DNA of 63,840 nucleotides. It comes from Alphaproteobacteria bacterium. GTDB taxonomy: Bacteria > Pseudomonadota > Alphaproteobacteria > SMXQ01. The notes under the pieces were generated by a model, which saw only the letters and a list, made by a program, of their open reading frames with translations, made no database searches and had not been told where the DNA came from. Position numbers and translations under genes: made by a program. Positions 27,764-36,946 of the stretch are shown here, in pieces; within the stretch, counting starts at the first letter, position 1; the number at the start of each line of letters is the position of its first letter. The stretch spans positions 1-63,840 of the forward strand of contig DATJIG010000142.1 in NCBI GenBank assembly GCA_035493495.1, in the 5' to 3' direction.

Positions 27764-28652
27764 CGAGACTGGGTTCCACGACGTTGAGGCGCAGAAGGTC
27801 GGCGCCGCTGCCGACCAGACGGGTAGCGATTACGGAGCGCAGATCGGATTCGGCGATGACGCGGAAGCGCCCGCCGCCCTCCGGGTGTATCTCTCGGATC
27901 CCGGGGATGCCGTCGAGCGCCGCGTAGACGTCGGTGCGCTGGGTTTCGACCTGGATTGCGTAGCCGCCGCCGAGCACCTGGCGGGCGAGCTCGGGCACGG
28001 TACCCTGAAGCGCGATCTTGCCCTGCTGGAACAGGAGCACGCGGTCGCACACGCTCTGGACGCGATCGAGCAGGTGTGAAGACAGCAGCACGGAAACCTT
28101 GTCCTGCCTCAACTCGCGGATCATGTCCAAGAGCTCGTACGTCGACTGCGGGTCGAGGCCCGATGTCGGTTCGTCCAGAATGGCGACGTCCGCGGACTTC
28201 ATGATGACCTCGGCCAGGCCGAGGCGCTGACGCATGCCGCGCGAATAGCTGCCGACCGGCCGGTCGGCGACGTCGGTGAGCCGCACCCGTGACAGCGCCG
28301 TGGCGATGCGGTCGCCCGCTTCCCGCCGCGTGAGGCCGGCCAGTCGCGCGGTGTACAGCAGGTTTTCGCGCGCGCTCATGTGGTCGTAGAAGCCGACGGC
28401 ATCGGGCAGATAGCCGACGCGGCGCTTCACCTCGAGCGGGTCGTGCAGCGGGTCGTGGCCGAGCACCGAGATCGTGCCCGCGCTCGGCTCCGTCAGCCCG
28501 AGCAGCATCAGTATCGTCGTCGTCTTCCCTGCGCCGTTGGGCCCGAGCAGGCCGACGATCTCGCTAGACTGGAGCGTGAAATCGACACCGTCTACGGCGC
28601 GGGTCGTGCCGTAGACCTTGGTCAGTCCGCGCGCCTCGACGACGGTGGTCAT
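27720..28652 (-). CDS. ABC transporter ATP-binding protein
   Basis: Internal ATG at 28652. Walker [10 protein letters not shown], signature YSRGMRQRL, Walker [15 protein letters not shown] overlap with the upstream gene's stop. Confidence 0.9.
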   Translation of the reverse strand: MTTVVEARGLTKVYGTTRAVDGVDFTLQSSEIVGLLGPNGAGKTTTILMLLGLTEPSAGTISVLGHDPLHDPLEVKRRVGYLPDAVGFYDHMSARENLLYTARLAGLTRREAGDRIATALSRVRLTDVADRPVGSYSRGMRQRLGLAEVIMKSADVAILDEPTSGLDPQSTYELLDMIRELRQDKVSVLLSSHLLDRVQSVCDRVLLFQQGKIALQGTVPELARQVLGGGYAIQVETQRTDVYAALDGIPGIREIHPEGGGRFRVIAESDLRSVIATRLVGSGADLLRLNVVEPSLDDIYARHFASRAAA

Positions 28653-29809
28653 CGCCGGCCGAACCGCGCGACGGCACCGACCAGCACCAGGAGCGCGATG
28701 GCGATGATGGCGATGCCGAACGCGCCCCACATCGTCGACGTGGTGACCGCGACGCGGAAGTCGGCCGATGTCGAATCGCCCGTGCCGTTGGCGCGAAAGG
28801 TTGTCATGTAGTCGCCGGCGATCGCCTTTGCCGACGGTGTGATGGTCGCGGTGACCTCCTGGCGCTGGTTGGGGGCGATTTCGGCGATCTGCTTGGTGTC
28901 GAAATCGACCTTCCAGTCGTTGGGCGGGCTCGCCGACAGGTTGACGTTTTCGGCAGGCGCGGTGCCGTCGTTGACGACGTAGAGCGTGATCTGACTGGAC
29001 TTGCCTGCGTCCGCTGAGCCGCTGAGCCGGTCATCCTTGCCGGTCAGCCGGAGCTTCGACTGGCCGGTGGCCTGGAGCTGCAGCGGCACCTCGGCCGAGG
29101 TGCCTTCCGCCGAGGCGGTCAACAGCAGGTTGTAGTCGCCCGCGCCGGCATCCGGCGGAAGCTGGACCTTCAGCTTGAGGTCCTTGCTCTGACCGGCGTC
29201 GACCGGAATCGAGTTGATCTCCTGCGAGCCGTAGTTCTCGGTGAACGAATGCTGGAAGTTGGCGGGCGTTTGCGCGCCGAGGTTCACCAGCAGCGGCTTG
29301 CCGCTGTCGTTCTTGACCGAGAATTCATAATCGAAGCTCGCTTTGACGGTGCCCTTGAGCGACGGCAGCTTCGGCTTCAGCGAGAGCTTCGCGGGTAGCT
29401 CCTGGCCCAGCGTAACCTGCAGCGGTAGTGTCGCATTGATGCTGGCGCCGCGCGCCACCACCGCAAGATTGAACGAACCCGACGTCTGCTCGCGCGGGAT
29501 GTCGAGTCGGAGCTCCAAACTCACCATATCGTTGGTAAACGGCATGGCCGCTTCAACCGGCTGGCCGCCGCCCAGGAGCTGGGCCTTCCACCCTTGCGGG
29601 ACGCCCTGCACCGACAGCGCGACGCGCTCCGGGGCGAGGCCCGAGTTCTGCAGCTTCATGCGGATGCTGGCGGTCTCGCCGGCGCGGACCGTTTGGGCCG
29701 GGTAATCGGTGACCAGCCACAGGCCGCGCGGGGCGGGCGAATCCGCCGCCATCGCCACACCGATGCCAATGATGAATGAGAGAAGTAACGCGACGACGAC
29801 GCGACGCAT
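28649..29809 (-). CDS. membrane-anchored protein with three tandem beta-sandwich (NEW3/CARDB-like) domains
   Basis: Internal ATG at 29809 preceded by GGAGG. Signal peptide (IGIGVAMA-AD). Three repeats of about 110 aa, each ending in a ...GDY/GSF...-type strand. C-terminal TM helix plus RFGRR. Confidence 0.7.
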   Translation of the reverse strand: MRRVVVALLLSFIIGIGVAMAADSPAPRGLWLVTDYPAQTVRAGETASIRMKLQNSGLAPERVALSVQGVPQGWKAQLLGGGQPVEAAMPFTNDMVSLELRLDIPREQTSGSFNLAVVARGASINATLPLQVTLGQELPAKLSLKPKLPSLKGTVKASFDYEFSVKNDSGKPLLVNLGAQTPANFQHSFTENYGSQEINSIPVDAGQSKDLKLKVQLPPDAGAGDYNLLLTASAEGTSAEVPLQLQATGQSKLRLTGKDDRLSGSADAGKSSQITLYVVNDGTAPAENVNLSASPPNDWKVDFDTKQIAEIAPNQRQEVTATITPSAKAIAGDYMTTFRANGTGDSTSADFRVAVTTSTMWGAFGIAIIAIALLVLVGAVARFGRR

Positions 29810-29952
29810 GGTTATCCACCTCCAGCTTTTCCAGCTTCTTCTCTGGCCGGCGGTCAGCCCCCGATCCGCCGATGAAGCCGGGTACTGCCACATTTGGGCA
29901 AAATCGCGGCAAGGTTGCGCTTTGCGCCGAGGATGTCCATTGGAAAGAATGA

Positions 29953-29977
29953 GAAACCGCGTCCGCCACCGGACGTT
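29953..29977 (+). promoter_or_regulatory. EcfG-like (general stress sigma) promoter motif candidate upstream of mpg
   Basis: GAAAC-N16-CGTT compared with the remembered alphaproteobacterial consensus GGAAC-N16/17-CGTT. It lies 11-17 nt before the possible mpg starts. Confidence 0.2.
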
Positions 29978-29987
29978 GCCCCAGTGA

Positions 29988-30650
29988 GTGATAATGGACA
30001 CCGAGAAAGTACTGTTGAACCGGCGCCGGCCGGTATCCGAACCGCTGCATGGGGGCGCCGTACGACGGCTTGCCCGCCGCGAGCTGCCGGTCGACACCGA
30101 GTCACTGGCCCGGTTCCTGGTCGGCAAGACTCTTGTCCGCGAGACGCCCGAAGGGCGGATGAGCGGGCGCATCGTCGAGACCGAGGCGTACGTGCTGGGT
30201 GACTCGAGCTGCCACGCCTTTCGTGGCCTCACGCCGCGCAATCGCTCGCTGTTCCTCGAGCGCGGTCATGCGTACGTCTACTTCATCTACGGCTGCTGGC
30301 ATGCTCTCAACGTGTGCGGCGAGGTCGCCGGCGTCGGTGCGGGCACGCTGGTTCGGGCGCTCGAGCCGATGGAAGGAATCCCGCTGATGGAGAAGCGGCG
30401 TCCAGGATCGAAGCCGCGCGATCTCGCGCGCGGGCCGGGCCGGCTTGCGACCGCGCTCGGGATCGATCGGGCGCTCGACGGCACCGATCTCTGCGCGCCG
30501 GGCCCGCTGTGGCTCGGCAGCGCCGTCCGTCCGGTGAAGGCTCTGGGCGAGAGCGTGCGCATCGGCATATCGGCCGAGACTCACCGAGTACTGCGGTTCT
30601 ACGAGCGTGGCAGTCCGTACGTCAGCGGTCCAAAATGGCTCAACAAATGA
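29988..30650 (+). CDS. mpg: DNA-3-methyladenine glycosylase (Mpg/AAG family)
   Basis: Core motif [18 protein letters not shown], plus [16 protein letters not shown]. The start may be the GTG at 29988 or the ATG at 29994. Confidence 0.9.
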   Translation: MIMDTEKVLLNRRRPVSEPLHGGAVRRLARRELPVDTESLARFLVGKTLVRETPEGRMSGRIVETEAYVLGDSSCHAFRGLTPRNRSLFLERGHAYVYFIYGCWHALNVCGEVAGVGAGTLVRALEPMEGIPLMEKRRPGSKPRDLARGPGRLATALGIDRALDGTDLCAPGPLWLGSAVRPVKALGESVRIGISAETHRVLRFYERGSPYVSGPKWLNK

Positions 30651-30666
30651 CGATGAGGGTGCGGCG

Positions 30667-31449
30667 ATGAATGCGCACAAGCACAAGACGGACGACAAGA
30701 AGACATACAAGAACGCGCTGCGCGACGCGCAGATCGAGCTCGTCAAGCTGCAGAAGGACGTCATCGCCAACAAGCGAAAGGTCCTCGTCATCTTCGAGGG
30801 GCGCGACGCCGCCGGCAAGGACGGCACCATCAAACGCATTATCGACCATATGAGCCCGCGCGAGACGCGCGTTGTGGCGCTGGGCAAGCCCTCCAATCGC
30901 GAGGTGAGCGAGTGGTACTTCCAGCGCTACGTGCCGTTTCTGCCGGCCGGTGGCGAAATCGTTCTGTTCAACCGTAGTTGGTACAACCGGGCGGGCGTCG
31001 AGAGGGTGATGGGGTTCTGCAGCAAGTCGGAATACGAGGAGTTCATGCAGACGGTGCCTCTCATCGAGCAGCGTCTGGTCCACGCCGACATCGAGATTCT
31101 CAAGTACTACCTCGATATCTCGCGCCCGGAGCAGCGCCGGCGTCTCGAAGACCGGCGCAAGAATCCGCTCACCCAGTGGAAGATAAGCCCGATCGACGCT
31201 GCGGCGCAGAAGCACTGGAACGACTACAGCCGCGCCCGTGACGCCATGCTCCAGCGCACGAGTCACGAGCTCGCGCCATGGATCATCGTCCACGCCGACG
31301 ACAAGAAATCGGCCCGGCTTGCCGTCATTCGGGACATCCTGTCTCGGCTCGACTACAAGGGTCGGGACCGCAAAATCGCCGCGCCCGACCGCGACATCGT
31401 CGCCCTCTACGATCCTTCGAATCCGAAGGACAATCGCCTCGCCCCGTGA
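30667..31449 (+). CDS. ppk2: polyphosphate kinase 2
   Basis: Internal ATG at 30667 with a GAGGG RBS. FEGRDAAGKDGTIKRI (Walker A-like) and NRSWYNRAGVERV motifs. Confidence 0.9.
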   Translation: MNAHKHKTDDKKTYKNALRDAQIELVKLQKDVIANKRKVLVIFEGRDAAGKDGTIKRIIDHMSPRETRVVALGKPSNREVSEWYFQRYVPFLPAGGEIVLFNRSWYNRAGVERVMGFCSKSEYEEFMQTVPLIEQRLVHADIEILKYYLDISRPEQRRRLEDRRKNPLTQWKISPIDAAAQKHWNDYSRARDAMLQRTSHELAPWIIVHADDKKSARLAVIRDILSRLDYKGRDRKIAAPDRDIVALYDPSNPKDNRLAP

Positions 31450-31535
31450 CCGGCCGTTTCCGCCCGAGGATCGTGACTTCCTCGCGGCGACGGAGGCGCG
31501 TAGAGTCGATCAAAGCGGGGACACGGAGGTTGGAC

Positions 31536-32084
31536 ATGACGGGGCGCAAGACCGACACGAAGACCGACGCCAAGGCCGGCGTGTCCGAAGAGTTGTTCGG
31601 CGAGGCGAAGAAGGAAGCGTTCCACCTCAAGGCGGAGGAAGGAATCGCGAACTTCGCCTTCGTGCGCCCCGATGTGACAATTCCGCACGGCAAGAAGCTG
31701 CACGTGAAGCTCGCCGGCACCGACAGTTGCCGAGCGTCGGTTCAGATCCTCAATCAGGGCGGCGAGAACAACCTGCACTACCATCCCAACATGGACCTCA
31801 TGTACATGGTCCTGAAGGGACGCGTGCGGTTTTACGGCCCTGACAGGAAGGTGCTCGGCGAATACGGCATGCACGAGGGAATCCTGATTCCCGAAAACAG
31901 CCGCTATTGGTTCGAGAGCGTCGGCGAGGAGGAGGCACACCTCCTGCAGATCGCCGGCTATCCGAAGGGCATGAAGATGTCGAAGCGGGTGCCAGTCGAG
32001 CCGGCCAAGGCAAACAAGGGCGGCGTGTGGATCGGCCTCAGCGATGACGAGCACGAAATCCGGCGCAAGAACAACCGGCTGTAG
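31536..32084 (+). CDS. cupin domain protein
   Basis: Internal ATG at 31536 with a GGAGG RBS. Cupin metal motif region NNLHYHPNMDLMYMVLKG ... IPENSRYWF. Confidence 0.7.
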   Translation: MTGRKTDTKTDAKAGVSEELFGEAKKEAFHLKAEEGIANFAFVRPDVTIPHGKKLHVKLAGTDSCRASVQILNQGGENNLHYHPNMDLMYMVLKGRVRFYGPDRKVLGEYGMHEGILIPENSRYWFESVGEEEAHLLQIAGYPKGMKMSKRVPVEPAKANKGGVWIGLSDDEHEIRRKNNRL

Positions 32085-32116
32085 TTGCCGGTTGCTGCCG
32101 TCGTTTTCTGCTTCCG

Positions 32117-33082
32117 TTACCCGATCGTGACCGGCTTGCCTGCGGATGCCGAGCGATTGATCGCCTCGAGCACGGCAACACTGTGCACCGCGTCATCGAC
32201 CGGCACCGGGAACGGCTTCACGCCGGTGACCGCATCCGCGAAGGATTCGAGCTCGGCCCGTTCGGCATCGAAATCGGGAAATCCAATCTCGGTGGCCTTG
32301 CCGCCCACTGGCTGGTAGGAAAACCGCGACCCGCCGCGCACCTCCGCCCAGCCTTTCGATCCGAACAGCGTCAGCCGTTCGTAATTTGCCGTAGCGCCCA
32401 TCGCGGTGAGCAGTCCGCTCGCGCCGCTCTTGAATCGCAGCAGCACTGCGGTGGTGTCGGTGATCGGCACGTCGAGTGCCCGCGTCGAACCATGGGCATC
32501 GACCTCGGCGACGTGCCCGAGGAATTCGATCATTGCGTACAGCGGGTGATCGGCGAGCGCGCCCGCCAGGACCTGCCCGCGATCCGTCTTCCAGTCGCCG
32601 GGCTTGAGCTTGAAATAGCGGTCGACGCAGAAGTTGCCCTCGGCGTGGAGCAGCGTGCCGAGGTCGCCATCTGCGTTCCGGCGCCGCAGCTCGCCCACGG
32701 ACGGGTAGAAATACCGGTTATAGCCAAGGGCCAGCAACTTGCCGCTCTTTGCTGCTGCGGCGCGCAGCTCCTCGGCATCCGCGCGTTTCACCGCCATCGG
32801 CTTTATCGCCAGGACGTGCTTGCCGGCTTTGAGAGCCGCGAGCGAATGGGCTGCGTGGAGACCCGCAGGGCCCGATGACACGACCGCTGAAAGCTGGGAG
32901 TCGGTGACCAGGGCATTCACATCGGACTTGAGATCGAGGCCATGCTGGCGGGCAAAGTCGGCCGCCCTCGCCGGCGTCCCGGTCGCAGCGGCGACGAAAC
33001 GGATGCGATCGCTTTTGCCCTGAACCGATTCGACCAGGTGGCGTCCCCACTGGCCCAGCCCGACGATGCCGACGTTAAGCAC
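32117..33082 (-). CDS. Gfo/Idh/MocA family oxidoreductase
   Basis: GTG start with a GGGGAGGA RBS. N-terminal Rossmann VGIVGLGQWG. 321 aa. Confidence 0.85.
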   Translation of the reverse strand: MLNVGIVGLGQWGRHLVESVQGKSDRIRFVAAATGTPARAADFARQHGLDLKSDVNALVTDSQLSAVVSSGPAGLHAAHSLAALKAGKHVLAIKPMAVKRADAEELRAAAAKSGKLLALGYNRYFYPSVGELRRRNADGDLGTLLHAEGNFCVDRYFKLKPGDWKTDRGQVLAGALADHPLYAMIEFLGHVAEVDAHGSTRALDVPITDTTAVLLRFKSGASGLLTAMGATANYERLTLFGSKGWAEVRGGSRFSYQPVGGKATEIGFPDFDAERAELESFADAVTGVKPFPVPVDDAVHSVAVLEAINRSASAGKPVTIG

Positions 33083-33212
33083 GATGTTGTCCTCCCCTTT
33101 TTTCAGTAGTCCTTTCGGTCTACTCCGCGCTCGGTGGGCCCCGCGCCTATGGCCCCCAGCGCTGGTATCCTAAGGCCAAGCTCCGCCGGACCTCGCGGGA
33201 AATTTCCTTTTT

Positions 33213-33237
33213 AAAACCACAATTGTAGTGTCTCGTT
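33213..33237 (+). promoter_or_regulatory. weak EcfG-like promoter motif candidate
   Basis: AAAAC-N16-CGTT about 45 nt upstream of the ATG at 33282. It sits in an unusually AT-rich stretch next to the palindrome GGAAATTTCC (33198-33207). Confidence 0.15.
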
Positions 33238-33281
33238 ACGCATGGGCCGAATGCGGCCCGGCAGTACAGGAGAGAACTCAG

Positions 33282-33707
33282 ATGATCCGTCCGGTCGCCT
33301 TCCTCAGATGGTGCGGCGGACTTGCCTTGATCGCCGCTGTCGCTACCTTCGCACCGACGCCGGCATCGGCCGATTCGTTCGCGTTCTCGTACGGCACGGG
33401 CCACTACCGTCCCTATTATGGCCCGTACCATCATCCCTATTGGGGCCCGCACTACCGCTCGAGCGTCGTGGTGGTGAGCCCGCCGCCGGTGTACTACCCG
33501 CCGCCGCCTCCGGTGGTTTACGTGCCCGCGCCAGCCCCGGTCGTGACGCCGATGGTCGACGCCACGCCGGCCTCCGAGCCATACCGGACCGCAGACGGTC
33601 GTTACTGCCGCGAGTACACGACGACGACACGTGTCGGCGGTGTGTTGCAGTCGTCCTACGGCACCGCCTGTCTCCAGCCCGACGGATCGTGGCGCATCGT
33701 CAACTGA
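33282..33707 (+). CDS. secreted Pro/Tyr/His-rich protein with a Cys-containing C-terminal surface-antigen-like module
   Basis: Internal ATG at 33282 with an AGGAGA RBS. Signal peptide ending ASA-DS. HYRPYYGPYHHPYWGPHYR and PPPVYYPPPPPVVYVPAPAP tracts. C-terminal YCREY...GTACLQPDGSWRIV. Confidence 0.65.
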   Translation: MIRPVAFLRWCGGLALIAAVATFAPTPASADSFAFSYGTGHYRPYYGPYHHPYWGPHYRSSVVVVSPPPVYYPPPPPVVYVPAPAPVVTPMVDATPASEPYRTADGRYCREYTTTTRVGGVLQSSYGTACLQPDGSWRIVN

Positions 33708-33732
33708 GTCAACGCCCACACCCTTTTCGACG

Positions 33733-33769
33733 AGCCCCCTGAGCCTTTGGCCAGGGGGCTTCGTTTTTT
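33733..33769 (+). terminator. rho-independent terminator
   Basis: Stem AGCCCCCTG / CAGGGGGCT, extended by GCC/GGC inside the loop, followed by TCGTTTTTTC. Confidence 0.85.
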
Positions 33770-33878
33770 CGGGTGGTGATCCGTGTTTTCTGTGGATGGT
33801 ATCGGCCGCGCGCCTGTGTTAAGGGGCGTGCGGGCTCGCGTTCGCGGGCGCTCAATCTGACAAGCGTGAGCGGCGGCC

Positions 33879-35609
33879 ATGGCAACCGAGCCCATGCCGA
33901 CATCGATGACGACACGTCCGAGTATCCCGTCGATATGGGACGTGGCGGCGTTCGCCATCGTGGTCGCGCTGTTCGCGATGATCGCCACCGCGGCGCAGCA
34001 GATGATGCGGCCGCTCGCCGTGCTCGACATCGTGCCGGTGTCGCTCGATCCGTGGAACCTGCCCGAGTACGCGCTGCGCACCACCGTGCGTATGTTCGCG
34101 GCGCTCGCGGTCTCGCTCGTCTTCACCTTCGTCTACGCTACCGTCGCGGCGAAAAGCCGACGCGCCGAGCAGATCCTCATTCCGATTCTCGACGTCCTGC
34201 AGTCGGTGCCGATACTCGGCTTCATCTCCCTGACGATTGTCGTGTTCCTGTCACTGGCGCCGGGGCGCGTGCTCGGCGCGGAGTTCGCGGCGATCTTCGC
34301 GATCTTCACCAGCCAGGCCTGGAACATGACGTTCAGCCTGTACCAGTCGCTCAGGACGCTCCCCGAGGACCTCGACGAGGCCGCCCGCAGCTTCCGCTTC
34401 TCGTCATGGATGCGGTTCTGGCGCGTCGAGGTGCCGTTCGCAATGCCCGGGCTGATCTGGAACATGATGATGTCGATGTCGGGCGGCTGGTTCTTCGTCG
34501 TCGCGGCCGAGGCGATTACCGTCGGTTCGACCACCATCACGCTCCCCGGCATCGGCTCCTACATCGCGCTGGCGATCGAGCAGCGCAATCTCGCCGCTGT
34601 CGGCTGGGCGATCCTCACCATGGCGGTGGTGATCGCCTTGTACGACCAATGCCTGTTCCGGCCGCTGGTCGCATGGGCCGACCGCTTCCGATTCGAGCAG
34701 ACTCCGGGCGACGAGGCGCCGGAGTCTTGGTTCCTCACCATGCTGCGGCGATCGGGGTTCGTCCGCGCGGCGACTGCGCCCTTGCGGCGCGCCATGCGCT
34801 GGACCTTCCGCCGCCCGGCCCAGGGCGAAAACAGCCAGAACCCGGCGGCGCGCTGGCTGCGCTCGCCGTGGACGGATCGCGCGTGGGCCGCCGTGGTCGG
34901 GGTGCTCGCTGTCTACGCGGCGGTGCGCCTCGTGCGCTTCATCGGGCAGTCGCTCGTCATCGACGATGTCGTTACCGCGTTCGGTCTAGGTTTCCTGACG
35001 CTGATCCGCGTTTCCGTCCTGATCGCGCTGGCCAGCGTGCTCTGGGTGCCAATCGGCGTCATCGTCGGATTGCGACCGCGACTCGCGCAGCGGATCCAGC
35101 CGATCGCCCAGTTCCTCGCCGCGTTTCCGGCGAACCTGCTGTTCCCCGTCGCGGTGTTCGCAATCGTTCACTTCGGGCTCAATCCGGACATTTGGCTCAG
35201 TCCGCTGATCGTGCTCGGCACCCAGTGGTACATCCTGTTCAACGTCGTGGCGGGTGCGTCCGCGTTTCCGTCCGATCTGCGCGACAGCGCGATCAATTTG
35301 CGGGTGCGCGGATGGCTGTGGTGGCGCAAGGTGGTGCTGCCGGGCGTCTTTCCGTATTACCTGACCGGCGCGATAACGGCGAGCGGCGGCTCGTGGAATG
35401 CGAGCATTGTCGCCGAGTTTGTGAGCTGGGGCGACCAGCGGCTGGTGGCGCGTGGCATCGGTTCCTACATCGCCAAGGCCACCGAGGCGGGCGATCAACC
35501 CCGGATCGTTCTCGGCATCGCCGTGATGAGCGTGCTCGTGATCCTGTTCAATCGCGCCCTGTGGCGGCCGTTGTACCGCTACGCCGAGCGTCGTTTCCGC
35601 CTCGCGTGA
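33879..35609 (+). CDS. ABC transporter permease, duplicated NitT/TauT (anion)-type membrane domain
   Basis: 576 aa, about twice the length of SsuC/TauC-type permeases. There are two BPD-transporter-like halves. Confidence 0.85.
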   Translation: MATEPMPTSMTTRPSIPSIWDVAAFAIVVALFAMIATAAQQMMRPLAVLDIVPVSLDPWNLPEYALRTTVRMFAALAVSLVFTFVYATVAAKSRRAEQILIPILDVLQSVPILGFISLTIVVFLSLAPGRVLGAEFAAIFAIFTSQAWNMTFSLYQSLRTLPEDLDEAARSFRFSSWMRFWRVEVPFAMPGLIWNMMMSMSGGWFFVVAAEAITVGSTTITLPGIGSYIALAIEQRNLAAVGWAILTMAVVIALYDQCLFRPLVAWADRFRFEQTPGDEAPESWFLTMLRRSGFVRAATAPLRRAMRWTFRRPAQGENSQNPAARWLRSPWTDRAWAAVVGVLAVYAAVRLVRFIGQSLVIDDVVTAFGLGFLTLIRVSVLIALASVLWVPIGVIVGLRPRLAQRIQPIAQFLAAFPANLLFPVAVFAIVHFGLNPDIWLSPLIVLGTQWYILFNVVAGASAFPSDLRDSAINLRVRGWLWWRKVVLPGVFPYYLTGAITASGGSWNASIVAEFVSWGDQRLVARGIGSYIAKATEAGDQPRIVLGIAVMSVLVILFNRALWRPLYRYAERRFRLA

Positions 35610-35617
35610 GGACTGCC

Positions 35618-36925
35618 ATGCCCGATACCGTCATCACCGATAAGCCGCTGCTCGACATCAAGGGCGTCCGCCAGTCTTTCCCCAAGGGCTCGGGTGAGGA
35701 CCTGCTGGTGCTCGACGACATCAACCTGACGCTGCGCTGCGGCGAGATCGTCGGTCTGCTCGGGCGCTCGGGCTCCGGGAAATCGACGCTCCTGCGACTC
35801 ATCGCGGGGCTGTCCCGGCCGACTGCGGGCACGATCCTCTACGATGGCGTTCCGGTGCGCGGACCGGCGCCCGGCATCGCCATGGTGTTCCAGACGTTCG
35901 CGCTGTTCCCGTGGCTCACCGTGCTCGAGAACGTGGCGATCGGCCTCGAAGCCCTCGGCCTGCCGGAGCACGAGATCCGCAAGCGCGCGCTCTCGGCCAT
36001 CGACCTGATCGGCCTCGACGGATTCGAATCCGCATACCCGAAGGAACTTTCGGGCGGCATGCGCCAGCGCGTCGGCTTCGCGCGTGCTGTGGTGGTCCAT
36101 CCGAAAATAATGATGATGGACGAGGCGTTCTCGGCGCTCGACGTGCTGACCGCCGAGAACCTGCGTACCGACTTCCTCGAATTGTGGTCCGACGGTCAAC
36201 TTCCGATCGAGGCCGTGCTGATGGTGACCCACAACATCGAGGAAGCGGTACTGATGTGCGATCGCATCCTGGTGTTCTCCGCCGATCCCGGGCGCATCGC
36301 CCGCGAGATCCCGGTCGCCCTGCCGCATCCGCGCGACCGTGAGGACCCGCTGTTTCGCGAGCTCGTGGACAGCATTTACGTCGAGATGACGGCCCGCAAG
36401 CCGCGTCCGACGGTGCGTTCCGACCGTATGGCCGGAACCGGCATTGCGCTGCTGCTGCCGCGGGTCGGGCCGAACACGATGGCCGGTCTCATCGAGACCG
36501 TCGCGGGCTACGAGGGCCGGGCGGACCTGCCGGAGATCGCCAAGGAACTGAACATGGAGATCGACGACCTGTTTCCCGGGGCCGACGCACTTCAGCTCCT
36601 GCGGCTCGCGGAAACCGAGGAAGGCGACATCCGGCTGACGCCGATCGGTCGTACCTTCGCCGAGGCCGACACCGAGGATCGCAAGCGATTGTTCGCGCGC
36701 CAGATATTGGCCTACGTCCCGCTCGCAGCCCACATCCGTCGGGTCCTTGACGAACGTCCTACCCATCAGGCGCCGAAGAGCCGGTTCCGCGACGAACTCG
36801 AGGACCACATGAGCGAGGATTACGCCGAGCACACGCTGCGCACGGTGATCGGCTGGGGCCGCTACGGCGAGATCTTCGCCTATAACGACCAGCTCGAGAT
36901 ATTCAGTCTCGAGAACCCGACGTAA
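35618..36925 (+). CDS. ABC transporter ATP-binding protein with a C-terminal accessory domain of about 170 aa
   Basis: Internal ATG at 35618 of ORF 33773..36925. Walker A GRSGSGKST, signature LSGGMRQRV, Walker B MMMDEAFSALD. Residues after about 265 form an extra, non-ABC domain. Confidence 0.9.
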   Translation: MPDTVITDKPLLDIKGVRQSFPKGSGEDLLVLDDINLTLRCGEIVGLLGRSGSGKSTLLRLIAGLSRPTAGTILYDGVPVRGPAPGIAMVFQTFALFPWLTVLENVAIGLEALGLPEHEIRKRALSAIDLIGLDGFESAYPKELSGGMRQRVGFARAVVVHPKIMMMDEAFSALDVLTAENLRTDFLELWSDGQLPIEAVLMVTHNIEEAVLMCDRILVFSADPGRIAREIPVALPHPRDREDPLFRELVDSIYVEMTARKPRPTVRSDRMAGTGIALLLPRVGPNTMAGLIETVAGYEGRADLPEIAKELNMEIDDLFPGADALQLLRLAETEEGDIRLTPIGRTFAEADTEDRKRLFARQILAYVPLAAHIRRVLDERPTHQAPKSRFRDELEDHMSEDYAEHTLRTVIGWGRYGEIFAYNDQLEIFSLENPT

Positions 36926-36946
36926 TCGCTCGCCTCTGATCCGCGA

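Noticed and set aside
29810-30241. The N-terminal extension of ORF 28649..30241.
   Set aside because: A GGAGG RBS and signal peptide mark the ATG at 29809. The extension overlaps the divergent mpg gene and has no coding-like features.
33773-35617. The upstream 615 codons of ORF 33773..36925, which would make a 1050-aa ABC ATPase.
   Set aside because: It lies out of frame over the well-supported duplicated permease gene. The translation is Arg/Gly/Ala-rich with no motifs. The ABC domain starts at the ATG at 35618, 8 nt after the permease stop.
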